From Selaginella moellendorffii (taxonomy: Eukaryota > Plantae > Lycopodiophyta), in contig NW_003314279.1 of NCBI RefSeq assembly GCF_000143415.4, positions 1,698,479 to 1,762,478 of the forward strand: a DNA stretch of 64,000 bases, written 5' to 3'. Of this stretch, positions 38,601 to 53,460 are shown one piece after another. A program made the translations under genes and the position numbers. A model generated the notes under the pieces. That model was not told where the DNA came from, did no database searches, and was given only the letters and a program-made list of their open reading frames with translations. Numbering within the stretch: the stretch's first letter is position 1; each line of letters starts with the position of its first letter.

Positions 38601-41238
38601 AAACCACCGAGGACAAGAACTATCAGCAGCGTGAAAGAGCCGAAGGTGTTCGCTACAACCATAGTCCGAGAAAGTGAAGCAATGAATCGGAAAAGACCTC
38701 CCGACATTTGATGAATTAGGAACATGAGGAGGAACTGCTGGAAGAACCTGAAACACTCAAACATAAAATATCAACACTATTTCTCACTAAACATCAATGT
38801 AACAAACCTGGCGGCACTAGGAGCAAATCCAACCACGTAGTACGTCATGCACACCCAAAGTGCTGATTCGAGCAGGGACACTGGAATTCGAGTGATCACG
38901 TTAGGAAGAGAAAATGCCCACGCAGGAAATAGCATCTGGTCCCGCTGCTTGTAAAATACTGGAAGGCGCGCAATGGTCATCGACAACTCCGCCAATCCAT
39001 TAAACATGACGATCATCAGGCCGAAGAACAAGGCTCCCATGTAGAGACTGCCATCGCCAACAGTTCTGTGATGCATTTCGGTCCGGAGAAACACAGTCAT
39101 CGTGATTACGGCTATAACAATCAGCTGCATTGGAAATTTTAGTATCAGATATATAGATTTTAGTCTTCGATAGCATACCTGAGAACCTTTGAACACGTAG
39201 ACGAATGAGTTCCTCTTCATCAAAAGTATCTCCCGCGCCAAGAGAGCCTTGAAAAGCTCCCAGTTACTAAGAGCGTACTTCTGAGTGACAAGAGCTGCCG
39301 GATGGCTTTTACTCTTGTCAAAAGGCCGCGCCAATTCTTCAGCAATGTTCTGACCGACATGGAACTTTTGAAAGGCATCCGCGAACTCCTGGACAGGTAT
39401 AAATCTGTATGGCATCCTCTTGTCAGCCCAATACTGTTCCTGGTCTTTCCTTGACGTAACTTCTTGCAAAAAGTCCGCGACACCTTTCCTCGGAGGACAT
39501 TTAAATCCCTGCGTCTCGAAGAAATCCAACACGAGTTCCCGGGGCCCCTGATATACAATCTGCCCCTCCGACAGAAGAATCAAGTCGTCGAAAAGCTCAA
39601 ACGTCTCGGGCGCAGGCTGGAGCAAGGAGATGACCATGGTAGCATCGAGCACATGGACAAACTGCCTTAAGCTCTTCACTATCTGAAATGTGGTCGAGCT
39701 GTCAAGACCGGTTGAAATCTCGTCCATGAAAAGAGACTTTGCAGGCCCAACGAGCATCTCTCCTGCAAAATAAACATTTGTCATAAACAAATCGTGACCA
39801 AAAAGCTTCCAGGCTTGCAAGTCTTACCTGTAGTGACACGCTTCTTTTGTCCTCCAGAAATACCCCTGCGCATGGCGTCTCCGACAAGTATATCAGAACA
39901 AACGTCCAAACCCAAAATCTGGAAGCGAAAAAATGCATGAGAACCGCGAATCCTCTTTGATCACGATCCAAAACACGCTTACCTTCAGCACATAGTCCGT
40001 CACAATGGAGGTCTCCTGACCCTCTATAGCCGACGCCTGTAAGAAGCTCGTAAGAACGCTGCCAACCAAAAAGTGCTTATTACCTTCATGAACGCATCAA
40101 CATCAGGATCCGGTTTGATCTTGGCATTTTTCTCCCGTCTTGAAAGCTCCGTTATCATCTCTAACACAAGTTATAAGAAAGTCAATTCCACTTGCACGCC
40201 AACCCAGGACTTTGCTTACGATATCTGCTTCCCACGCCTTGACACCTAGAAGCAAAATCAAACGTCTCCCTCACTGTCAACTCCCCGCTATGCAAGTCGT
40301 GTTGGCTTATGTAAGCAGAAGTCCTTTGAGGCACAAATTCAGTCAATGTGTGGCCATTGTAGGTGACTCTCCCAGAAACCTGTAAAGTGAAATCGAAGAT
40401 GAGAACCATCTCCTAAAAGCTGGAGGACTTCCTTACCTTGAGGCTGTGGTCCAACTTTCCAGAAAGCGCCAGAAGCAGCGTAGTTTTCCCTGCGTTAGGA
40501 GGGCCCAGCAGAAGTGTCATCCTGTAGAGAAGTATGAGTACAAGATTTTCGCCGAAAGCTGCAGCAATTTCATTACCTGGAAGGCTTCACGATACCACTA
40601 ACGTTGCGCAAAATCGTGAGGACGTGTTTCTTAGAAGGGAGCAAGTGTAGCTTTCCCAAGATTTGCTGGAAAAACAAATCACAACATAAAAGTAAGAGCC
40701 AGAGAGCGATGAAAAGATTTTTTCGTTAATAATACGAACCTGGGACATGTTGATGACAAAGTTAAACAGTGTCGGTAGAGCTCGCTTGCCGACACGTACA
40801 GCAGCTTCGATTTGAAGTCCTTCGTACCTCACCTCGATTTTGGGAAGGTCTATCCCGACTCTGAGACAATTGTTCCAAGAGTGAGAAGAAACTCGAATCA
40901 AAACAGTTCTACTACCTGTCGATCCTTTCCCGGAGCTTGCGGATGAACATCTCGTTCTCCGTGTCCGTTGTTGCCAAGAGCTTCTCCACAAGATTCCTCC
41001 TCTCCGTGAGGCCCAAGGACTTGACATCAATGTGCTCGTGGCGAGTGCTCCCATGCTCGCCCACATTCTTGATTATGGCCGTCCGGAGGCGATCGTATGT
41101 GGGAAGCTTCTCCAGCGCGGCCCATTTCAGGGCCTCCTCATCGTCCACCTCCCTGACCGAGCTGCGCGAGAAGACATTTTCCGTCCACGATCGCGAGCTC
41201 ACCGCTCTCATCAGCTCCACGTCGGTCGGAAGCGCCAT
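35681..41238 (-). CDS. Full-size ABCG / pleiotropic drug resistance (PDR) transporter, about 22 exons, apparently intact
   Basis: [100 protein letters not shown]-terminal FNFQNR*. Canonical short introns. Confidence 0.95.
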
Positions 41239-41461
41239 CGCTCCCCCCTTGTCCCCTCTTTCGCGACGATCCAATGCAATATTTTCGGCAATATCTGGAA
41301 TTCCGGGGCGAGGCGACCTACAAAATTCCACCCCCGATTCGACGAGCTACCACTAGAAGTCGATTCGATCGAGATCCAGATCCCAGATCCTGGCGCTACA
41401 TCCCTGGATCGATCGAGCCGGAAGAAATGAGGAGCATGGAAAATAGTTTGGGAGCTAGGGC

Positions 41462-41470
41462 TTTATATAA
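41462..41470 (-). promoter_or_regulatory. Candidate TATA box of the PDR gene
   Basis: TTATATAAA on the minus strand about 225 nt upstream of the ATG. Confidence 0.45.
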
Positions 41471-42173
41471 CTTGGACACTTGGCCTCTTTGGACCATGGC
41501 CGAAAACTTCTACCAACAAGCCCATGCTACTTTATGGAAGCTTCTCATTTAGACGCTTCTGGGCTGGGATTTGATCCGACGGTCCAGACGCTTAACTAGA
41601 AAGCACACGTGATGCTGTGATTTCGTGACCCTCTTCTATGGAACATATGGAGAGTCCTCGCCAATAAAAACCTGTTCTAGACAAAGTACGAGTGCTCTTC
41701 TCGACGCCGCCGCACACGCTTTGGCGTGGATGCAAAGTTTTCTTCCCGGGTTTTTGCGCGAAATTTCGAAATAGAAGCGTTTTCAGGGGTGAATATGCCG
41801 CGTACACTTGTTGTTTCAGCAATGGTGTTTGAACACCACCAATAAGATTGGAAAAAAGAATGGTGGTTGTTTCCTTGAATTCGACCGGAATCGTTCGGCT
41901 ATTCAATGTGACCTGATCAAAGGTCTTTACAAATTGTAGTAACTTTTGATTACTGAAGAAATCTTATGTTTACGGGAGTTATTTTACTCAATATAATTCA
42001 ATCTCAAAGTTAACTAGTTTGGGGTCAACTTTGATTTGCGATCTTTGAGCAGCATTCAAGATAGTTTTGCTCAGTGGAAGGAGGTCCCATGCAAATGTAA
42101 AACACTTCGGATTACTAGCAGTTTTTTAAGTACAACTTGTGGTAGAGTTTGATCTCATTACTAGCAGCTTTTA

Positions 42174-44257
<2,084 letters not shown>

Positions 44258-44266
44258 TTGCCGCTA

Positions 44267-44289
44267 AAACCCTAACCCAAGAACCCTAA
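44267..44289. promoter_or_regulatory. Telo-box motifs upstream of the ELP3 start
   Basis: AAACCCTAA and AACCCTAA within 35 nt of the ATG. Confidence 0.45.
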
Positions 44290-44644
44290 AAGAAAAAGTT
44301 GAAATATATTTTTGACCAGCCATCGCTCCATTCTAGCCCTAAATTCAAACCTGTTAATTATTTCTTGTTTTGGCTTTAAAAATTAAATTATTTTGAATAA
44401 AGTTTTGTCAATTTGAATTTTTGGTTTGCTTAAGCAAACCTGTATGGTAGTGAATATACCTAGAATATTCTTGGATATTCTAGGATATTCTACCATCTAA
44501 CAGTTGTTATTTATTTAGATTAATTTTGTATTTATAATTTATAAATTTTTTTAAGCACTTTCTACCATCTAATGGATAATATGAAATCTTGGACAATTTA
44601 ATTACAAAATTTAAAGTATTAATATTAATTATTAATACTGATAT

Positions 44645-45780
44645 TATGAGGTCCAAGTGTACAGTTATAATGCCATATACTAATATTAGCACAGTGGGAT
44701 TTTGATAGCCGTCATATTAGTCTTAATTTAGACTATTTACTCTTGTTTATAAGCTAGAGTTAAACTAATTCATATTATTTCTATATTCCATTTCTATATT
44801 TCATGCATTCACATTAGTGGAGTTAAAGGGCAATTTTGATTACCTCTAAGAAATGCTTGGATTTAGGCTTTTAGTTTAAATCTAGCATTTATATCATTTA
44901 GATTTTATTTTCTTTGTAACTTTTTCAATTTCTTCTCTTTTACTTTTTTTTCTTTTCATTTATCTTTATGGGAGAGAAGCAACTTTCTACTTTTTTGACT
45001 CTAAAGCAGCAATTGGCATAATTGTTCAATGTTATATAGTTGTAGTTGAATAATCAAACTCAGTTGATGGTAGTATTTATAGCTTGTGGGAAAGCAGCTC
45101 TTCCTGCTTTTACTCACATTTAATAAAGTTTTTTCATAGGAATCTTAGGGATGATATGTATCATTGATTTGATCACTTTACAGTGATTGCCACCTATCAT
45201 TCTTAAAATGATGTTTGGCATTTGTATGAGCTTCCTATGTGTTTCTAAGGGATAGCATTGCAATAGGACAATGGTTTAAGTGTAACCACTCATGCTAATT
45301 GGAGCTTTCTCTTGAATGTTTTCAAACATGCATTTACATGTGTTGATAATTATGATGATACCTTCCAATAATTATATTGTTTTTATCAATGGCCACATGA
45401 ATTAGTAATGCAATTTAGCATTTGCTTCTGGAGTTTCTTGTTTCATGTGGAGTTAAATATATTGGAACAGAGCAAGTTAGGAATGCTGTGGCTATAACAA
45501 GTGTATGCATGAGTCCTATAAAATCTTGACAAAGTGTTGTGTTGATAATACTCTTTACTTGGTATAATATTGCAAAACATTGCCTCTTCCACTTCTTGCT
45601 ACATGTTCTTCAACTCCACTTCTTATTGATCATGGCCATGATATCCACTATTGGGCATGTGATGAGGTTGATCACACATATCAGTGTTGTTAGCATTTTC
45701 TAGATTAGCATCCTCCATTTCTTAGGTGGAATCCTTAGCGTCAACAACATTTTATTAGTGTTGTTACAATGGAAGGTTTA
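44645..45780 (+). mobile_element. Decayed gypsy copy: LTR (44645-44813), degenerate PBS and gag of the 7865 family
   Basis: Co-linear with 7865-9160. Interrupted at the end of gag by the Cassandra-like insertion. Confidence 0.8.
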
Positions 45781-46377
45781 TGTAAACAATAAAAGAGAAC
45801 GACTTAAGAGACAATCTATAAGAGTTCAAATATACAAGGAAAGGGCTTATGAAAAAGAGTGCGCCTGTTTTTCCAATTGGTTAAAGGTTTTGGGATACTT
45901 AAAGTTAAACATCATTAGGTTTGAGTAGTACTAGTTTGGGTGACTTCCCAGAAAGTTTAAATTTAGGAGTTTACATTTGGTATTAGAGAGGTTTTGAGTC
46001 TAACTTTGTTGGTTAACTAAGGGAATCACACAATATGTTAAAATTGATATTTGATAGGTTTAGTTTGCCTTTGGCTGGGCTCAACTCGAGGGGTAGGGTG
46101 TTAAAAGAGCAAGGCTCTTAAGAGAGCTATAGCTTTTAGCTTTTTTTCACGAGGGCATGAACTTGTAAAGAAGCGTGATGGATTGTAAACAACTAAAGAA
46201 AATAACTAAAGAGATAATTCATAAGGGTTTAAATATAGAGAGAAAAGACCTATAAAAAAGAGTGCATCCCCTTTTCCAATTAATTAAAGGTTTTGGGATA
46301 CTTAAAGTTAAATGTCTTTGAGTTTGAGTAGTACTAGGTTGGGTGATCTCCCGAAAGTCCAAATTTAAGATCTTATA
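45781..46377 (+). mobile_element. Complete Cassandra-type TRIM (597 bp): two about 195-bp LTRs with a 5S rRNA-derived segment
   Basis: LTRs 45781-45975 and 46184-46377. tRNA-Met-type PBS TGGTATTAGAG at 45978 and a purine-rich tract before the 3' LTR. 5S-like AGTTAA..GAGTAGTACTAGGTTGGGTGATCTCCCGAAAGTCC at 46306-46360. Flanks GTTTA/ATTTA. Confidence 0.85.
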
Positions 46378-46676
46378 ATTTAAATATTGAGATTCTTCTA
46401 AAAAATAAGAAGTCAAGAGAATAGTCGAGGGTCTTTATGTAAATAAGTCAATGATCTTTTTATCCTTCTTTCTCAAGTACCATCAAGAGGTTCACTTAGC
46501 ACTACAAGAAACTAAATTTTTCATTCTACTTTAGTCACTTAACTATGCCTTTAACCAATTAGAGGAGTCTCTCACATAACCTCTATAAGTCCTCATCCCA
46601 ACTTAGGGCACTTACTAACCCTATATGCGTTCTTATGACCCTAATACTCTTTCTATCTTTTGCCACTAAATTGCCT

Positions 46677-49600
46677 TATTACAGCCAGAGAAAACTCAGA
46701 CTCCTACTCTTACTCCTATTCTTACTCCTACTTCCACTCCGACTCCTACTCCCACTCCTACTCCTACTCCTACTCCTACTCCCTTGTTACAGCCATGGGC
46801 ATCTTGAGAGAGGGAGAGGGAATATTTTGATTTTCAAAATATTCTAAATGGTTGTATAAAAACCATAAATATTAAAGGTTTTGCACTTTGTGTCTTAAGA
46901 TAAAGCATGGAGAGAGAGAGCTTAGGACGTAAGCAAAACCACAAAGAATGAGGTGCTATACCTTAATATGGTGAATCTAGCATGACATTTGTCTTCTTTC
47001 TTTCTAAAGCATTTCTTGATTGATAGAGAAGATCCATGGGATTTGGAGTGGCAATCTAGGCTAGAAGTGGTAGGATTACCCCTATGGAGAGATCTTTGAG
47101 TGTTGGAGTGAGATTTCATTTTCTCGAAGTTATGGTGAGCAATGCGAGTTTCCAGTGTTCTCATTTGTTTTTGACCTATTTGAGGGGCTCTTTCTTTAGG
47201 TATGTAGATCTCAAGCTCTTCTTTCCAATGAGAATAGACACTTATGATTTGGTGGAGAGATGAAAGAGTTTTAGTGATTTTTCTTTCAGTTTTTATTCCT
47301 CTGCCTACATGCATTTGTTTTCACCCTAAGCTTGAATCTTGGGAAAAGATTGTACCAATTTGTTTGATGAGCTCCTAAATCTTGCTAATAGTTTGTTTGT
47401 TTGGGGAGTGGTTTGTTGGAGGCCAATTTGTTGGGAGCCTTGATATATATGCATTTTTCTTTCAGTGTGCAAACACTATTCAGTATGGAAGCTTTGCAAG
47501 GTGAGAATTCTCTCCATTTTGTGCATCCTTATAAGATCTTGTTTTTGATTGGTCTTAAGATATGGATAGAGTTGCCCATCATCCAAATTTGTGCATTTCC
47601 ATCGTTTTTTGCTAATCACGTTTTAGTTTCTTTCTTCTTACTCTGCTCTTCCTTTTAAGTCATCATTTCAATATTTTTCATGGAGTTTTGAGCTAGATCT
47701 GAGTCATTTTTTCTAGCACCATATGATAAATGAAGTTGCATGCTTCTTTAGCACATAAAGTTTTTACCTTTTTTGCAATTTCTTGCATCAAGATTATAGA
47801 TCCCTTTATGATCTCTTATTTCCATGTTGCATCATCTAATTTGGTATCTAATTTCGTGAGATCTTATTATTCTTCATTAGCTTTCATCCTTGTTTAAGTG
47901 TGATTATTATTCTTAAGAGTTTTTCTCCCATCTTGCACTCTGTTTTTGCAAATCTTTGTGTGAGAATGATTTAGCTTTTTAGGTTGATATTGAGCCACTT
48001 TCCAGGTGATTCTAAGAGTTCTTAGCAGAAAAGCACAACATTTGTTTCTTTTAGAGATATTTTGACATTTTCATGCCTTTTAGAGTTTTATTTTGGAATT
48101 TGCAACATTTATGACCATTTATTTTGGTTGTGAGCTTTTCTTAGGGTGTCTGGGGATGATTCAACTTGCTAGAGAGTGCATCACATCATAGCATTTACCA
48201 TGTTTAGGCATTTGTAGTGATTCAAACATTTTATGCTAGTGACAACACGTTTACAATCACCTAAAGGATCAATTTGGAAGGCACCAATCTCCACTCTTAA
48301 AGGCAAGTTTTCACATTTAAGGCAAGACTTTAATTTCCATAAATTAATATCAGATGAGGAGGATTCATTGAATCCAACAAATACCTGGACTAGGGATTTG
48401 TAGCAGCTAATAGAGACGGCTAATCCAGTCTATATCCTACAGCAGAGTGTGGATTTACCTCTCTTCACACTAAGAGCTTCGTCAGCACGAAGTCATATAG
48501 TAGAATTTAAGGTCTTTTGTGACTTAAATAGAATCACGACAGATGCAGGCAAAGGTGCAACCACTTTCTTTGATCGATGTATGGACAAGCTTAGGTTTGG
48601 GTAGAGTCACTCTTGGATATAGAGCGGGAATGATATACAAAGGTGAAGAGACTCTTCCTTAGGATATTTAGATAGGAGAAAGATCTCCAACAATTTCACA
48701 CCGAGTTGTTTTCTTTTTGGCAAGCACAACATGAGTTTGTTATTGAGTATATTTGGCGGTTCAAGAAGCATTAGAAGCTATGCCTCACTCAAACCCCAGG
48801 CCTAATAGAGACAATCGTGGTTACCACCTTTGTCCAGGGGCTGAAGCCACTCATCTAGTGGAAACTTCTCAAGGGTAAGCATATCGAGTGTTATTCAGCT
48901 TTTGAGCATGCCGAGAAGGTTGAGAAAGAGCTTTGCCTCACTCTAAGTGTCTTCTAAGTTGCCTAGTCTCCATCTAGCCACATCCTCAAGCATTTGATTG
49001 CAATAGTTTCTCACCAACCTCCACCCAGAGTTGCGGAAGAGAGATTGCCACTAGTATTGGAATCTGCTGTTACTGAATTTCACTAGTACAAAAACCTCCT
49101 TGAGTGTCAATAACAAGCTCTCTTACAATTGCAACAGCAACAAACTACCATTCTTGAGGAACTTAAATTATTGAGATTTGAGCAAATAAAGACAACATTA
49201 AGATGACTCTGTCGTTGGTGTACCCATTGTGAGGCTAGAACACACTCGATAGAATAGTGCTATCGCCTCCATCTAGAGCTTTAACCTCCAAGGAGCCAAT
49301 GTGTCTAGGAGCATCCACTTGCTAGTAACTCTGCACTTCAACCACCTCTAGATGGATATCAATAGCAGCTCTAGCAGCAAGCAATTGAAGTGCCCCATCG
49401 ACAAGCAAAGGAAAAGAACCAGCTCTCCACATCAACACCATCAGCAATGAGACCCTTACAGTTGTGATTTGAGCTCAAAAGAAACGTCATCTAACATCCC
49501 TGAACATCAATAGAGAGCATGACTCAACTGTTTAACAAGTACTAGGTCCAACCATCACATGCAAGTTGCCTTTTAAGTTGGTATTTGTTGGCTCCCCTAT

Positions 49601-52600
49601 AGTTGATGTTGGACCTTCTTAGCTTGACAACACATCTTCTCCAGGCTTGGCTAATACATCTTCAATGACTCCTACCACATCTTCATCTCTTCTGACATAT
49701 GTCATGTAGCAGCTATTGCATAGCTTAGTCACCCTTTTACTTGGACACCTTTTATGATCAGTCTTAGGAATTGGATAGCAGCTAAAAACTTTTGCATGTT
49801 CTAGCAAACCTCTTCTTCATGCTGGAGAGGAGATCCACATCGTGGATACCACAACAACATAAGATTTAGGAGCTTTTATGGCATCAGTCACTTTGGGAAA
49901 TATTGTCATAGTAGAAGCACTCTTGGATTTAGAATCAGGGAGTAATGCCATCTCCTTGGCATTGGCAAAGTCTGCTGGGTTCTAGATCAAGGACAACATA
50001 GCCATCATCCTCAAAACCTTTGCAAACCATACCGTGATCCCTATGGGTATATGTTGCAAAGTGTCTATATCAATCCTAGGGATCTCATTATTGGTGGATT
50101 TTGTGGTGATGGACTTCCAATATATGAACTCCCACTCCCTAACCAATCTTATCATCTTGGGATGCACATAGCACCTCTAAGCAGATGTTGAGACATACTA
50201 AAAGAAGGGAATAATGCAAATTAGTGGTCATATCAAGACTGCCAAACTGTACAACACTCATGGCCACTCCTTGCAAAAGACAAGTCCAACTCCAACCCCT
50301 ACTGCTACTTCTTCCAAGTCTCCAAGACGTCTAACATTTCCAGTTGAGCTTGTTGTTGTCTTCCTCGAGCTCCTTGACAATCCATCACTACTAAAAATGG
50401 GGGTATTTAGCATCCACACTTTTTCTACATCCAATGCTACTACTGAACCATCCATGGCCATTTGCACTAGTGTTATACAATCCCCATCATAATAAGAACT
50501 TGCTTCTTTTCTTAAGGCATGGGCACTTCTAGTGGTTCAAGAGGCGTTAAAGAGGCTCTTATCCAGCCATATATCAGCTATATGCTCTTCTCCTTGCTCC
50601 ATTCTGTAACGCATGCTCACAAAAGGTGGTCATCTTTCCCGGGTGCCACCAACAGCAACCAACTCCTCAGCCTCTTTATTTGAGGACCAAGCTTCTTGGA
50701 TCAATAGTAGTAGTTGAGTTTCTAGTCAAGCTTGGAGCTAGGGATAATGTGAAAACAGCAAGTGATGATGTGCCAGATGGGAGTGACGACACTTCTAGCA
50801 TTCCAACAATCGTGGCCATGACTTTCAGTGATCAAGAGACTCTAGGAAACTCAAAGACATTAGTGGCACAATCTCCTCCAGTCAAAGCACTTGAACACCT
50901 TGGATCTTACAAGTTCCAGAATGTGGCATTTTCCCTTGCGGAGGAGATCCCAACTACTCAATGTCCTTTATTTAGACCTGCATCATGTTGTTTACTCTTG
51001 TCTACTAGCTTTTCCTTTCCAGGACACACTCACAAATCCATGTACTTTATCATGGATCCCTACAAGCTTGATAGACAACACTCTTGCAACTACTCAATCC
51101 ACTATCTCAACTCCAAGTCCTTTTCCTCACCAACAAGGACCGTCACACAAGGATCTAAGACCCTTGTAGCACCATTTGGACATGGTGCATGCTAGTTAGG
51201 GAGTAGAAGGTGGTGCAGCCCTCAAAGGTTGTAGAAACACTGCTCCAATCTCTGTTTTTGACTTTGGCCACACTCAAGAGTCTTTGTATAGCTTCCTTGA
51301 CATTCAGCAAAGTTTTCTTCAGTCTACAGTAGCTCCATATCACTTTGGAGTCACTACTCAGCTACTTCGACATGGCATTGCAAAGTTGCATAGCTTCGGG
51401 TTTCATTATGTTTCAGCTCCGATTCTCAGCATGATGTTATCAAGTATGGAACCTTCACAGATACCATTCTCATCATGATGGTCCAATCTGTTCATAGTTG
51501 CAAAGCACATTTGATTTTGTGGTAGCTTTCCCAATCATCAACACTCTATTTACCCACTAAACTTCTACAAGCACTCAGTGTGACTTTCTCCTCTTCAACA
51601 GCATAAAAAATTCCCCATCCAAGAGTAGCTAGCACAGCAAAACACCATGCTCCAAGTCTCATATCAATATCTCTTGTGGTCCCGAATTCTCTCGACACCA
51701 CAAGTTTTGGATCATCATGCCTGACATCACCTCAACTTTCCATGGAATCCAAGGCATTCTCTAGGATTCCCTTCACCCTCCAAAGGGGAGCTCCTTCATG
51801 ACAACACTCAAAAAAAGCTCAACTCACTACCTTCTTCACTAACAGTGAATTCTCTCCTCTCTTTGGGTTTCTAGCTTTCTTTTCTTTTTCTCTTTGTTTT
51901 TACTTGTTTCTTATGTCCTTCCAGGTCATATCCTCTTGCCGACACAAGCTCAAGCTTGGATTCCAGCCTCAAGGTGGCCTTAACTCCACTCGTCCAAAAG
52001 CTCGTCTTTCAGCCTTTCACCTTGGTTCCTAGGTTCTTGTCTCTATCACTTTTGGGAAGACATCCTCCTCTTCATTTCCATCCACTTACATTCACAAATC
52101 ATTACTCTATTCACTTTTATAATTATTGCATTCCATCATTACAAATACCCACTCTCTGTTTTTCATTATTTCCACACCATGCATATATGGTACTTAGGAT
52201 CTTCCAACATCACTCTATTGAGAATACTTTCAGCAATACAATGCAATAAAAATCAAACTTTTTGGACATTTGAGACAAAAGATACAACTTGAACCATCAC
52301 AATATGAGACTTGCAGCAAATCTAAGGACATTCCAACTCTTTTCTTTAGTTGGTTGAGCCTGCATAGAACATGCATCTAGACACTCATCAGTGGAGCAGA
52401 CAAATCTCCTCACTCCACATGCTTCCAACTGCGTTTGGCCATAGAAGTCACTTCATCTCGGGTTGCAACACACTTTACACCAAATCCTAATATTAGCTAT
52501 TACTTCCAGTTGTGACATCAGACCATGCATGGTCCTCTTCTCTATCATCCACCACAATATGGCTTCCATTCCATCCATTCCATTAGCTCTTGGGCCACAA

Positions 52601-53300
52601 TTTTTATCTCTTTTCACACATACCCTCACTATGCAATGCATTCACTCTACTTCACATTCTTCCTTGGAACTTTGGGGGTGATTTGGGCATGTTTGAGGGA
52701 CTTTTCAGAGGTGTGGGGACCTATGAAGCTAGAGTCTAGGTTCATGCCTTATTTTTCCTTTGTTTTTCTTTTTTTTCTTTGTTTTTGTCTCTTTGTCACT
52801 TTTCCTGACTTGAGTATCTAGTTCTGGCTTAGAGTTTTTCTTATGTGGTTTTTCCTCTAACTCAGAACTCCACACTCCATTTCCCTTTTCAATTTTTCAG
52901 TTTTCTCTTTTTTTTCCTTTGTCTTTTTTTGTTTCTACCACTTGCAATAGTTACTAGCTCTTGGCATTAGACTTCTTCAACTTCATTATGGATTCTCGCC
53001 ACATCAGAGCTTGTGGTGATCCACTGTGGTCACCTGTTACAACCAAAGAGACAACTCCCACTCTAACTCCTACTCCTACTCTTGTTTCTACTCCTACTCC
53101 TACTCCCTTATTGCAGCTTTGGGCATCTTAAGAGAGGGAGAGGGAATATTCTTATTCTTGAAATATTCTAAATGGTTGTATAAAAACCACACGAGGGCAA
53201 AATATCAAAAGTTCTGTGCTTTGTGTCTTAAGTTAGAGCATGGAGAGAGAGGTTAAGACATGAATACAGCCATAGAGAGGAGGAAGATTGAGGTGTCATA
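46677..53300 (+). mobile_element. Decayed retroelement bounded by about 280-bp direct repeats; gag/aspartic protease remnant, no RT or integrase seen
   Basis: Direct repeats at 46677-46960 and 53035-53300, both with a (CTCCTA)n run. Plus-strand ALLDLESGSNAISL..FVVMDF..IILG at about 49915-50165. Confidence 0.55.
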
Positions 53301-53460
53301 CATCAACAACCCTAACACCACAACCCAGCCACTTAATACTCTCTCCACCTTCCACCACTAAGATGCCCCAACCATGTGGCTAGAGTGAGGTTCCAATGAG
53401 CTACCCACACTTGATAGCTCGGGGGAGGTAGATGTAAGCTCTTGAGTTTGAAGGGGGACC

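Noticed and set aside
44444-44497. Small hairpin with CTAG as a possible Helitron 3' end beside the gene island
   Set aside because: AT-rich imperfect hairpin with no matching 5' TC end identified; insufficient evidence.
45903-46360. 5S rRNA genes
   Set aside because: Only the central about 55 nt resemble 5S and they lie inside LTRs; the 5S 5' and 3' ends are missing.
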